DNA from: Octopus sinensis | Taxonomy: Eukaryota | Length of the DNA stretch: 64,000 nucleotides | Direction: 5' to 3' | NCBI RefSeq assembly: GCF_006345805.1 | Contig: NC_043006.1 | Span: 52,886,001 to 52,950,000 of the forward strand | In this document: positions 38,158 to 50,842 of the stretch, piece by piece | How the letters are laid out: each line of letters opens with the position of its first letter | How positions within the stretch are numbered: the stretch's first letter is position 1 | The notes under the pieces: generated by a model | Told to the model about the DNA's origin: nothing | The model's input: the letters and a program-made list of their open reading frames with translations, nothing else | Database searches by the model: none | Position numbers and translations under genes: made by a program

Positions 38158-39459
38158 TTATTGTATGGAAAGTGTTCTGCGTAGGATGTGTGCAGTGCCT
38201 AGTAGTGCAATTTTCTGTATGTTATATGTGTTTGTAAGTCCTGGTGTTTTTGTTATGTATTTGTCTGAATATTTTTTTATCATGCCTAATGCACCTACTA
38301 TGATAGGAATTGTTTCTGTTTTCAGATTCCACATTCTAGTTACCTCTATTTCCAGGTCTTTGTATTTTGAGAGTTTCTCCATTTCTTTTAGAGACACGTT
38401 GTCATCAGCCGGTATTGATACATCAATTAGAAAGCATTTTTTTTCTTCATGATCTCTGACAACTATATCTGGTCTGTTGGCCTTAATTTCTCTATCTGTG
38501 TGTATCGGCATATCCCAGAGTATGGTTGCTTTCTCGTTTTCTGTGACCTTTTCTGGTGTGTGCCTATACCATCTTTTTTCTGTTGTTATTCCATAATGTT
38601 GGCATAGCTTCCAATGTATGTAGGTTCCAACTCTGTCATGTCTGTGAATACATTCCTTCTTAGCCAGGACTGGGCAGCTAGAGATAATATGATTTATTGT
38701 TTCTTGTCCATCTCCACATATTCTGCAGTTACTTGTAATATTTCTTTTCATTACATGTTTTTGGTAATTTCTGGTGGGGAGGCTTTGATCTTGTGCTGCA
38801 ATTAAAAATCCCTCTGTTTCTGCTTTGAGTCCTGAGCTTTTCAACCATTGCTGGGATTTTTCTTTGTCTATTTCTTTTGCGTTTAGTTTAGTCCAGTATT
38901 TACCATGAAGGGGCTTTTCTTGCCATCGTTTTATCATGGTTCGTTGCTGTTCTATTTTTAGTTTAAATTTCATTTGTTTTATAGCTTTTGTTGTTTCTTC
39001 ATCTTCTTCTTCTTCTTCGTGTTTATTAGGTGGTATGATTTCTTGTTTGTATTTGTCAGCTTCCTTAAATACTGAGAACAGTTTTTTGTTTTGCTCGTGT
39101 TTTGCCGCTATCTGGATCAGTTTTCCTTCCTTCTGAAGTAGATATTTTTGCAGTCCTATGGTGGTTATTTTATAGTAGTTTTCCAGCTGTATAAGGCCTC
39201 TACCACCTTCTATACGTTGTATATATAGTCTTTCTATGTCAGATTTTGGGTGATGCATCCTAGATCCTGTCATTATTTTTCTTGTTTTCCTATCTATTTT
39301 GGTCAGTTCATTTCGTGTCCAGTTAAGGATATTGTAGCTGTAACTTATAACTGGTACAGCTAAAGTGTTAATACCTATTATCTTGTTTTTAGCATTGAGC
39401 TCTGTGTTTAGTATTGATCTAACTCGTCTATAATATTCTTTTTTTATTTTCTCTTTCAT
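38158..39459 (-). pseudogene. C-terminal CCHC zinc knuckle and PD-(D/E)xK restriction-like endonuclease of the R4/Dong element
   Basis: CRIC..ET.NHIISSC, RHDRVG..IHW, RPDIVV, IDVSIP, KY.DL and IPIIVGALG motifs in a 433-aa ORF. Confidence 0.92.
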
Positions 39460-39582
39460 TTGTGTGTATTGTGTCTTATATAGTTCATGGATTCCTAAGT
39501 ATTTGTAAGTTTGGCTTTGGTCTAATTCTTTTATTTCATTGGTTTTATCTAGTGTGATGTTGTTACTCTTAACTAGTTTTCC

Positions 39583-40749
39583 TCATTTCATGGTTACTTT
39601 GGCGCATTTTTCTAATCCAAATTTCAAATCTATTTCTTTGGTAAATCCATGAACTGTCTTTAATAGTGTTTCCAGCTGTTTGTCATTTGCAGCGTATAGT
39701 TTTAGGTCATCCATATATAAAAGGTGGCTGATCGTTTTGCCGTAACATTTATATCCGCATCCAGTTCTATTTAGCATATCAGATAGAGGTGACAGTGCCA
39801 AGCAGAAAAGGAGTGGAGAGAGCGCGTCTCCCTGGAATATTCCTCTTCTAATGGGGATGTCTTTGGTTTTCATGAGTCCCTCTTTTGTTTGGAGGTGTAG
39901 GACTGTTTGCCATTTATTCATAGAGTGCTCTATGAATTTTATGATTGTTGGTGCTACTTTGTTAATGGCTAGTGTTTCGAGGATCCATGTGTGGGGGATG
40001 CTATCAAACGTCTTGTTGTAGTCAATCCAGGCCATACTGAGGCCTTTCTTCTTTCTGTGGCTGTCTTCAGTTATGGCTTTATTAATCATTAGTTGATCTT
40101 TACAGCCATATGAGCCTTTGCGGCATCCTTTCTGCTCTTCTGGGAACAGTTTGTTTTCGTCCAGGTGCTTGTTCGGCCTTTGTGATATCACTGCAGTAAA
40201 TGCCTTGAACATAGTAGGGAGGCAGGTTATTGGTCTGTAGTTTTCTGGTTTTTCTGTTTCATTTGATTTGGGAATTAAGATGGTTTTCCCCTTCGTGAGC
40301 CATTCAGGCATTGTCTCTGGCTCTGCTAGTACGTTGTTAAAGTTTTCAGCCAGCTTTTTGTGCATTCCTGTTAGATATTTCAGCCAGAAGTTGGGGATCT
40401 TGTCATGCCCAGGTGCCTTCCAGTTGCTTAGTATTTGCAGTGCCTGGGTGACCTCTTCAGTTGTTATGGGGGTCCATAGTTGTTCAGATGCCGAGTTTGT
40501 TATTTTGATACTCCTTTTTTTTGGTGGTTCGTTCGCCGACCATATTTCTCTCCAGAATTCTTCCAATTCTTCTGCCGTTGGTGCTGCAGTGACTTCTATT
40601 TTATTTTTGCCCAGTTCTTGGTAGAACTTTTTGGGGTTGGAGTTGAACTTTTTGTTTTCTTCAAAGAAGCGTTGGCGTTTCTTGTACCGGCGGATCCTTT
40701 GTGCTTTGGCAAGGATATCTTGCTTCAGCTTTTCTTTTATTTCAGGCAA
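39583..40749 (-). pseudogene. Reverse transcriptase domain of the R4/Dong element
   Basis: Non-LTR RT motifs QxGCRKG, DYxKxFDSIPH, QGDxLSPLLF and YMDD in a 388-aa ORF. Confidence 0.92.
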
Positions 40750-42010
40750 ATCTTTTTCTGTGATGTTATATTTGCGGAGTATTTTTGTTCTCTTTTTGTT
40801 GCTCAGTAGCGTTGATTGTTTGCTGATTTCATTAAGAATCGACAGGTCTTTTCTAATTTTTTTATTTTGCTTTGGATGTTATTTATCCACAGGGTTTGTT
40901 TGGGTCGTGGTACTCCTGTTTGGGCGGGTTTGGGTGAGTATCCAGCTTCTTTTGTGGCTGCAGTGGCTGCTGCGTATATTAGGTTATTTAGCTCAGTGAT
41001 ATCACTTTTTTTTTATTCAGTGGCTATCAGTTCAGTGACGGCTAGGTTTATGCTGTTTATAATAGGTGTTGTTATTTCGTTTATTTTGATTCTTGGGAGG
41101 TATGGTAGGTGGTCCATTTTGAGCTCTGTGGTTTTCAGTTCTTTGATTATTTTATTTTTTATATTATCATAATCATTAGGCCCCCCTTCGTTGTTTACAT
41201 CGTGTTTGTTGGGAATGTTGCGTTTATCTTCGTGTTTTACAGTTTCAGTGTTTATATTATTGGGCATTGTTGTGTGGCTTCTATCTACATTTTCCTGGTG
41301 TATGTTTTCTTTTAGGTGTTCTATTTCTATTTCTGATATTTTTTTTGTGTTGAGAATGTATCTTCGTACGTTAGCTAATTTATTAGGGTTCATTGCTGTA
41401 TCCAAGTCTATATCTCTATTATTTTCCTTCCATATTTTATATGTATGTGTTGTTGTATTTTCATTTTTGGGTAGAGTACTGCTGTGAAGTATGCGTGTGA
41501 GATAGAAATGTATTCCTCACGTGTCCATTTACGTCTTTTGGGTTTTATTTGCGGGACATGAGGTACAACGTCCGGCCCATTATTTTGACGGTCGTCATTT
41601 TCGTAGGGTACCGGTCCGTTTATTTCTGTTGTAACATTATTTCGCACGTGTAGTTTTTCGTACATTTTTTGTTGTAAGTTTAATGTACGTACCGCTCGAT
41701 TGTTATTCTTGGGTTGAATAGTATCGGTTGCATTTAATTTCTTCGTAGTTCCTTTGTACATGGTGTTTGGGGTCGGGGATGATCGTGATGTTCCACGCAT
41801 GTTTACATGTGTTGCGTTAGAGGTGGAGATGATATCGAGTCAAAATACATCATTTCGTTTCGAAAATAGTAATAAATTTCAATTAGTATTACTTACTCGG
41901 ATACAGTCCAATTCTTTGTTAGTAAAACTTTGGCTCCATAGGATGTCCTTGTTTTCGATGTTTGTGGGTAGATTTCGGAGCTCTGAATTTTCCTTCTTAC
42001 ATCTTAAACT

Positions 42011-42098
42011 TCCCCCGGTGTTCTCCTCTTAAACGTCCCCCGGTGTTCTCTCTTCCGTCCCCCGGTGTTCTCTCTTCCGTCCCCCGGTGTTCTCTCTT
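42011..42098. repeat. 22-nt tandem repeat (three copies plus a variant) at the 5' end of the Dong element
   Basis: cgtcccccggtgttctctcttc at 42034, 42056 and 42078; variant copy at 42011. Confidence 0.85.
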
Positions 42099-42105
42099 AT
42101 TATTA

Positions 42106-42171
<66 letters not shown>

Positions 42172-42182
42172 TACTATTATTA

Positions 42183-42223
<41 letters not shown>

Positions 42224-42229
42224 TTTTTA

Positions 42230-42292
<63 letters not shown>
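42097..42292. repeat. (ATT)n microsatellite flanking the Dong element
   Basis: Directly visible. Confidence 0.95.
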
Positions 42293-42789
42293 CATAAAAA
42301 GTAGACAATACGAAGAGCGCGTTGCGATGGCAATATATATTTTATTGGTTGAATGATATTTCGACAGCTAGCCTGTCTTTGTCGAGTTCAAAATGAAAAA
42401 TAATACATAAAAATTCAAAATTATAGAAATTCAAATCCAGTCATTTTATTCATTTTTCCAGGGTGTGGTGTTAATATCTCGCAAGCATATTTCTCCTCGT
42501 GCATTTTGAGTGCTGAAGTGTAGCAGATTCAGAACATTTTCTGAGAATATACACTTCCAAGTTTTTTTCAAAATTGTAGTTGCTTGTTGCAAAATGTTCG
42601 GCATGTTCTGTCGAACTACTGTTATTGTGCATACGAATACACCAAATAGGAATCTCTACACGTCTCACCTTCCGTGTAAATCATAACATTCTGGAAGTTG
42701 CCTAACAGTCGGGTGTCTAAGGAAAATCGTAATGTAAATTAAAGTTTTTGCGTTTTATTCCTACTTACAGTTGGTTTATCAGATCTGCT

Positions 42790-44330
42790 AGTTTCACTAG
42801 ATCCCGGTTTTGGGCCTTTCAAATGTACCGTTCAAATACGAATCAGAAAATGGGAAATCGACATTTCTGTCAGTGAAAAAACTTAATCGTTTTCATGCTA
42901 AAATCAGAAGCCATTTATCATTTCTGGAAACATGCAAGCTAGAAAAAGTTATACCGGGCGGTCTTACATCAAATATACCGATGTGTGCATCACAGCCTGA
43001 CGACTCATTGCTTCACAAGTTTAAATTGATTGGTGAGAACAATTAATTTCATTTAATGGAAGCTATTATTGAACACCATCGTTCAAAATTCGTATTCCTT
43101 GGTGCAGGCATTAAGGAGATTTTTAGTGTTCTTGAACAGATATGTTCTTCTAAAGGCTATTTATCCGCCGTCACAGGCTGAAGGAATATTTATTTGAATA
43201 AAAGATAACGAGGAGTGAGAAAACCCTATACTTACTGAAGTAAAAATGTTGATCGAATCTGGCATAATTGGATTGAAAAGAATCCCAACTGGTATCCAGA
43301 TAATGTTCTGGATGGAATTTCACAAGCACTACTGGAATTTCTTGAATCTTGTCAGGCAGGTATTCGGGAAAGCCTTAAAACAAGTGGAAAGAAGTCCTGG
43401 AATAACCTCACAAGTTCCCAAAGTTATGCACTCCGCTGTCTAACTAATAATGATTCTATTGATATTAAAATGATGGATAAGGGAGGCGCTATTGTAATTA
43501 TGGACAAAAGTGAGTATATTTCGATTTGTGAAGAAGTTTCAAGTGACAAAACTTCATATGAAGAATTTACCTGTCGATCCAAACCCTAATCCCAGAGAGG
43601 AACTTGACAAAATAATTCTGGAAAAGGAGGAAAACAAGTTCATTAATAAAGCGTAATCCAGGATTTTACGGTCAGAAAGAACACCTGTATTTTATGGTCT
43701 CCCTGAAATACACAAGAAGTTCGAAAGATTTCCTCTAATGCGCCCAGTTTACAGCGGATAGGAATGTTGTACAGCCAAAATTTCGGAGTTGCTAGATGGC
43801 TTTCTACCCGCTCTCGCAAAAAAAGATCAAGTTCTTATATTCAGGATACTTTTGATTTTATGTCTAAAATCAACAACTTTTTTAAGCACCGAAACCATCT
43901 CGAAAATTGTCTTTTGATAACCATAGATGTTTCTTCCTTATATTCCAATATTGACCACGGTGAAGGGGTAGATGCATGCATGAATACCTTCGAAAAACGG
44001 TCAACTAAAAGTATTTCATCAAATTTTCTCTGTAGGCTGTTGAGGTTTGTATTACAAAGTATCACAATGAATTTTGGACAAAAATTTTACTACAAGATGA
44101 GGGGTTGCGCCATGGGTAACCCATGTCAGTTAATTTTGCTAATGTCTACATGGTCACGGGCCAATACTTTGGTTATGGTTCATTGTTGACGTCTTTTTTG
44201 TCTGGGAAGGATCGCAGGATAGTTTAATCGACTTCTTGCATTTCTATGACAGTTATGCTAAAACTATGGCTTTAAGTCCAACATAAAATTTACGTCTAGA
44301 TTTTCAAAAACTAGCGTTGAAGATCGTCTC
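42790..44330 (+). mobile_element. Decayed Penelope-like element (PLE) ORF, N-terminus plus RT
   Basis: HLSFLETC..VIPGGL; KMMDKGGAIVIMDKSEY; TPVFYGLPEIHK..PLMRPV; IDVSSLYSNID; RGCAMG; frameshifted FANVYM and WFIVDVFFVWEG; IKFT. Many stops and frameshifts. Confidence 0.8.
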
Positions 44331-44334
44331 TTTG

Positions 44335-44812
44335 TAACAGCTCAGCTACTGGGAAAGGTTGAAACAACTAAGACTCTACTCCCTAGAGAGAAAACGGGAG
44401 AAGTATGCAGTAATATATATTTGGAAGATCCTGGAAGGAATTATGCCAAATGTTGGCATTGTAAGCTACACCAATGCAAGAACGGGACGACACTGCATAG
44501 TGCCAAAGATCCCAGCAATGCCATCACGCTTCAGGACCAGCTACTGCAACAGCCTGGGTTTCAAGGGCCCACAGCTTTTTAATATTCTCCCAAAGAGTCT
44601 GAGGAACCTGCACAAAGTAGATGTAGCGGTTTTTAAATCAAAGCTGTATATCTTCCTGTCGAGAGTCCGAGATGAACCTACCTCACGGCAAGAGGGTGGC
44701 TATATCAAACTCCATTCTTCACCAAGTGCCAAATATTAGAGGAGGCTCTTAGTAATAACAGTGTGGCACAAAACGGCGGTGCATCAGCATGGCCGCAGCT
44801 CTGAGCTGAAAC
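44335..44812 (+). mobile_element. 5'-truncated CR1/L2-group LINE 3' end
   Basis: LKQLRLYSLERKREKY..FKGPQLFNILPKSLRN..FKSKL (44359-44739), followed by a short 3' UTR ending in a hairpin. Confidence 0.8.
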
Positions 44813-44815
44813 AAA

Positions 44816-44867
<52 letters not shown>

Positions 44868-44868
44868 C

Positions 44869-44915
<47 letters not shown>

Positions 44916-45645
44916 ATGTATGTATGTATGTATGTATATGTACATATATACCTGTATATGTGTGTAGTGTGTGGATGTGTATGTGTGTGTACAAGTCTAT
45001 AGTTTTTACTATGAGAATTTAGTCAGTTGAAGCAACGTACATGTGTGGCATTTATTTAAGCAACTCTTTGGTGATGATCACGAACTTTAATCAAATGATT
45101 GGAAGTAAATACCGCAGGTCATTCAATGAAGCAAAGCTATAATGGCGACCGAAGAGTACAAAGCACAAACTCGACTGAACCGGGATCCTATCCATAGCAT
45201 GTTAACCACCAGCCCTTGCCACTACTACTCCTCCTTAACTGAACAGATCTGAGAAACGTAAAATGTTCAAGATTAGAACATGCTGCCCGGATCTAGAATC
45301 GAACCTAGGTTTTAGCAATCTTAAATCCAACACCCTAAACACAGAAACTGAACTTCAAAAGTAATTCAGTTCAGATTTCTAATGTCTTTGACCCTCCCCT
45401 AACTACGATTAACTGCGAAGTATGAATATTAAATTGTAATGACTAATACTTCGCTTGAAAGACATATATGATTACAGACATACACATATATAGACATACA
45501 TATATACACATATATTGTATATATATATATATATATGATATAAAAGTCGCCATCCATAAGGACAATTTTTTTATAAGAAACAGTTTTTTATTTAACTTTC
45601 TTATAAAAAAATAAATTTTTCCTATGTATATATATATACGTATAC

Positions 45646-45676
<31 letters not shown>

Positions 45677-45721
45677 CATACATATTAACACACACACATA
45701 CATATGTGGATATGTGTGTGT

Positions 45722-45769
<48 letters not shown>

Positions 45770-46043
45770 AGAGAGAGAGAGTAACAGACAGAGATACATA
45801 TATGTGTATACGTCTATGTGTGTATAAATGTTTGTTTGTGATTCCTGTTAGTGTTTCCGTTATTTTTGCCCCAGATTGTTGAATGCAAATACAAAATGTT
45901 TACTTTAGAAGTTTTATAGTGTATAAAAATTACATACATACATACATACATGCGTGTATATATATATATATATATATGAGTATATATATATATACGTGTA
46001 TATAGATATGTATATATATATATATTATATATATATATATATA

Positions 46044-46180
<137 letters not shown>

Positions 46181-46379
46181 ATATATAATATATATATATA
46201 TACATATATATATGGTAGAATGCCTATATACATCTGCGTGTTCGTGTGTATGTCTGTGTATGTGTCTGCATCTATGTACAGACGTGCAACATACATATGT
46301 GCGCTTGTGTGTATTTTTGTGTATGTGTGTGTGTATGTATGTATGTATGTATGTATGTAAGGGTCTATGTATACACACA

Positions 46380-46435
<56 letters not shown>

Positions 46436-46489
46436 GTGTGTGTGTGTATGTGTGTGTGTAATATAATGTGACAATTATTCGGTTGCTAT

Positions 46490-46550
46490 AATAAGATTCC
46501 GAGTTTCGGATGTCGGCACGGAAACCTGCTTCGGCATCTCTTCAGTTATC
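46490..46550 (-). ncRNA. Degenerate type-I hammerhead ribozyme
   Basis: Minus strand: GATAA CTGAAGA GATG..CATCC GAAA CTC-g-GAA TC TTATT; one mismatch in stem III and one extra base in stem II. Confidence 0.5.
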
Positions 46551-46984
46551 AAGGTTTGATTACCTCGATAACTGGATAGATGGAGGGAGGAAAGATGTGT
46601 ATGAATAGAAAGAGGAGATAGGTCAAAATTAAAACAGGAAAAGAAAATAAGAGAGAAAAAAGAAAGGGGAGAGAAAAAAACAAAGAGTGAAAAAGTGAAG
46701 GAAGGGTGAAGAAAGTGAGAAAGGAGTATTAGTTGGTGGTCAAGATAATGTAATGAGAGAATGGGAGAGGTGTGAGGGAGGGATAAGAAGAGATGGGAAG
46801 GGAAGGGGTAAAAGAATGTGAGCTAGGAGAGTAGGAGTGATATGACAGAGCTGCGTTAAAACATTTCTGTACCTGGGGAGCTGAAGCAAGCAATTGCCGT
46901 GCACTTAGATGATCTCGCAAAATCTCTTGACGGATATTTCTCCACCAGAGAGTCATATACACCATGGCTGAAACAACCTCTCGC

Positions 46985-47545
46985 GTTTAGTGTTGCGACA
47001 GCAGAACGTCAACGATGAACACCTCAACGAAACCATTGAACTTCACCAGAGCCAGCTTCAACAGCAAATCTTCAGAAGAAACAATACTCATCAAATCGCA
47101 CCATACCCTCTGATTGCTAAGAAAACCCTTGAGATACTGACACCGTTTGTTATAAGGTATCTTTGCGAGCAATCCTTTCCGAGGATGCTAGACATGAAAA
47201 CTAAGAAAAGGAACAGAATTTATTGCGAAAATGATATGAAAGCGGCATTTGCCAAAGTGAAGCCGCACATTTCTGAACCTGTATCTGAAAGCAACAACAA
47301 AAGTCACATTTATTTGCAGTAAATATTCATTGAGTTATATTTTTGTGCAAAATTTATGCTTTGTTGATTTTGTTCTTTGAACACTCATTTTGTGTGCAAA
47401 TGATGCACGGTTCATTTTGTGCACTAATAAAATATATACCTAAGTTTTGAAGAAATCATATTTTATCTTTCCATCCGAAGGATTCGGTGAATGCACTAAT
47501 GAAGCTTGCAGGGTCCAGTGCCTCCAATAAAGTTAAGAACCACTG
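46985..47545 (+). mobile_element. hAT (Buster/Charlie-type) 3' end
   Basis: LTPFVIRYLCEQSF..MKTKKRNR..DMKAA..P.I..SH*; right TIR taagaaccactg followed by atcTAaaa (Buster nnnTAnnn-type site). Confidence 0.75.
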
Positions 47546-47569
47546 ATCTAAAACAATCTCGTAATACTG

Positions 47570-47900
47570 GAAGTGACAAGCAGTTATACTTATCACAGAT
47601 GGGAAAATCTAATGCAGACTTTTGAAGGCAATAAAAAGAGAGAAAGCTATGAAGTTCTTCTTAGATACTCGCTAATCAGCACGATGTGGTGCTACAAGGT
47701 TGCAAATGAATGCAACTGGATTCAAAAAGCACTCAGAGATACTGAATGTGACTTAGAACAGAAATCTGAAACATGACTTGAGGCTCAGACATTGACAAAC
47801 AAAATGGACAATCTTATAACTGTTCTGGTCGCGAAGATCTGGAACTTAGATTTTATATATTTCAACAGCACAAAGTTTTTCAAAGAGTTGAAGTTGACGG
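47570..47900 (+). mobile_element. Decayed hAT transposase internal fragment (ZMYM1-like)
   Basis: RWENL..STMW..IQKAL..QKSET*LEAQTL.NKM..W..FNST pattern. Confidence 0.5.
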
Positions 47901-49395
47901 CTCGTCATTAATAAGGCAATAACTATTTATTCTGACTTACACTGATTTATGCTAATTTACGCTGTAAAAATAGATAATGTTTAATTAATGACGAACCATC
48001 AAATGCACAGGGATGCAAATTTCGCTATCCATCACGTTGCTAACTAAATTTATGCAACTGATCTTTACTTTTGATCAAGGAAAAACCGTGCCTTTTATCT
48101 AGGAGCAGTCAACAAAGCGTAAAACGGTCCATCAGGAGACCGCCACCCACCTCTTTTTCCCGCTCACCACCAGCATAGAATGGTTGTCTTTTTTTATTAT
48201 GTAGATCACAAAGAGGCTTAATGATATTTAAATATATTAGAATTCTTTTGATTTACATTGTTGCACACAAACACACGCACACACACAAGCACACACACAC
48301 ACACACACACACATGGGAGGAGAGATAATGGGAGAATGCGCGCGTGTGTGTGTGTGGACATGTAAACTTATGTATATGTCCACCCGGTACCTGCACAACC
48401 CGTTGTATTTCCAAAGAATATAGACATTGAGAATAAAGTAGCGGTTAATGTCTTTAATGCGCACAGAGGATAGGCTAAATAGAGCTGATTATATAACTAT
48501 TGTTCGATAATTATAGTTGTATTCTACAATATATAAACTCGAATATATCGTGTTTTGTATATGTGATTTAAAACAAACTTTGGCAATTGATCTAGGCAGT
48601 TGAATATACGATAAAAAGCAAAAATAGAAAAACCAGAATGGGAGTGATTGATTGTGCCAAAAAAATTACACTTAATAAAACTTTGTGCGGTAACACGAGG
48701 AGAAGTTAATTCTAGAGAATAAGGCAGGGTTTGTCATAGAAGAGAATTAAAATGTTTTAGAACGCTGTGAATGAAGTTTAATATGGCTGTATCTATATAA
48801 TCATTTGCACATTGTATTAAATTGTAAATGACTAAGTATTCCGGAGGGACTTGTACCTTTAACATGATCCTCAGATACAATCAGTTTGACAGGGCGTGTG
48901 GCAGGATGTGTGACAGGGCTGGTTCGTGAATTGCATCCACAGCCGATCCCACTGGCTTCTGCGCTGTTTCTTTCTAATTTATTTGCAAAATTTGAGTCAG
49001 AAGATACACGCACAGTACATATGCATCGGAATCGAAATGTGTTTGTCAAGGGAACGACAGTTATGAAGGACAGAGTTATATGGAGCACGGTCATTTGGTT
49101 AACAAGTTTATTTCACCATTATTCATGTGTGGGGTGGGGGTTGTATATACAAATTCATTTTTTAAAGTTTCGTTTTATAACCGGGAGAAATAGAATGCAA
49201 TATATAAAGGAGTTGATATAGATCATTTATTAACTGAGAGGCTTAAGCAATAACAAGTGACTCGAGGACTTAGAGTCCGGTGCCAAAAACAAATTAAATA
49301 TTTTGGGGTGGAATTCTAGACCCTGTGTGTGCGCGTGTGCGTATGTGTGCGCGCGCATGCGTGTCTGTTGTATGTGTGTGTGTGTATGTGTGTGT

Positions 49396-49445
<50 letters not shown>

Positions 49446-49654
49446 TTTATCTTTTACTGCCTTGATGAATTTTAGTTCAACGGATCGACGTCCATCACTT
49501 ATTTTTGCTTTTAAACATGATACATACTTTATCGTTCATTTTTGCTGAACCGCTAAGTTATGGGGGCATAAACAAATGTACACCGTTTATCAAATGGTCG
49601 TGAAAACAAACACAAACAGACACGTATGCGCGCATGCACATGCACAACACACAT

Positions 49655-49756
<102 letters not shown>

Positions 49757-49769
49757 GTAATAATAAATG

Positions 49770-50015
49770 CACCCTTTTAAAGCCTAGCCAGGCTCATGGG
49801 CCCGGTTTTCCGGTTTCTATGGCGTATGTGTTCCCCAACTGGACGGGACGCCAGTCCATCGCAGCGTTACTCATTTTTGGCAACTGAGTGGACTGGAACA
49901 ACGTGAAATGAAGTGTTTTGCTCAAGAACACAACGCGTCGCCCGGTCCAGGAATCGAAACTACAATCTTACGATCATGATGCTGACACCTTAACTACTAA
50001 GCCACACGCCTCCAC
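49770..50015 (-). mobile_element. SINE family C, alternative tail
   Basis: Matches 17030-17270. Confidence 0.78.
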
Positions 50016-50050
50016 TCACACACACACACACACACACACACATATGTATA

Positions 50051-50079
<29 letters not shown>

Positions 50080-50082
<3 letters not shown>

Positions 50083-50407
50083 GTACCCTCACCCTGACCA
50101 CGGCTTTCAACCGATTCTGATGAAACTTGACACACACATAGCCCAATGTCATAATTCAAAACTAACGCAGCGAAAATTTTTAAAAGTTCCCCCAGTTCTG
50201 AAAAAAATCGATAAATTCGACATGGGGTCGAGAATCAGAAACACAAACCGCAAACTGTCTAGGGGACGCAACTCCACCTTTTTTAACTAAAAAAAGATAT
50301 ACCATCATTTTTTTCCATTTTTTTGCTATTTTTTGGCTATAACTCTCTAAAAATGCTTTATAGTTATTTCCCTTACAAATCTGAGCAACGCCGGGCGATA
50401 CTGCTAG
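50080..50407 (+). mobile_element. Non-autonomous Helitron-like element related to 60987-61342
   Basis: Shared 3' ~70 nt; ends gagcaacgccgggcgatactgCTAG|T. Confidence 0.65.
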
Positions 50408-50438
<31 letters not shown>

Positions 50439-50842
50439 TATATATATATACACACACACGACAGATTTGTTTCAGTGTCCATCTACCAAACCCACTTACA
50501 AGGCACTGGTCAGCATGGGACTATAACAGAAGACACTTGACCAACGTGCCAAGCAATGGAGCTGAACCCTGAGCCATGTAGTTGGGAAACAAACTTCTTA
50601 CGAGACAACCACATCATAAACAATAACCAAATATATTCCAGAATCAACTCACTGTGAAAGAAAGAAGATAAAAATGAGAAAATAAAATGTTTACAATGCG
50701 AAATGTTAGGGTGAACATCAAATGCTTATAAAGGACAGATACGATTTCACTTCTTTTTAATTATTTTACTTTAGAAAATGAAGAGAAGGTTTTTTTTTCA
50801 GCAGAAAAATGCAAAGAGAAGCTCGTATACTGCTACCATACG

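Larger units (their letters stand above)
38061..42098 (-). mobile_element. Near-full-length R4/Dong-clade non-LTR retrotransposon (single ORF, RT + CCHC + REL endonuclease), inactivated by a few stops/frameshifts
   Basis: ORF pieces 41408-41800 (RRKWTREEY N-terminus), 41013-41405, 39583-40749 (GCRKGSYGCKDQL, DYNKTFDSIPH, GIFQGDALSPLLFC, HLLYMDDLKLY) and 38158-39459 (CRICGDGQETINHIISSC; RPDIVVRD..LIDVSIP..KLSKYKDL). The last two are in one frame separated by a single TGA. (ATT)n tracts flank both sides. Confidence 0.93.

Noticed and set aside
42011-42098. CRISPR-like appearance of the 22-nt repeats
   Set aside because: The repeats are contiguous with no spacers, in a eukaryotic retrotransposon context.
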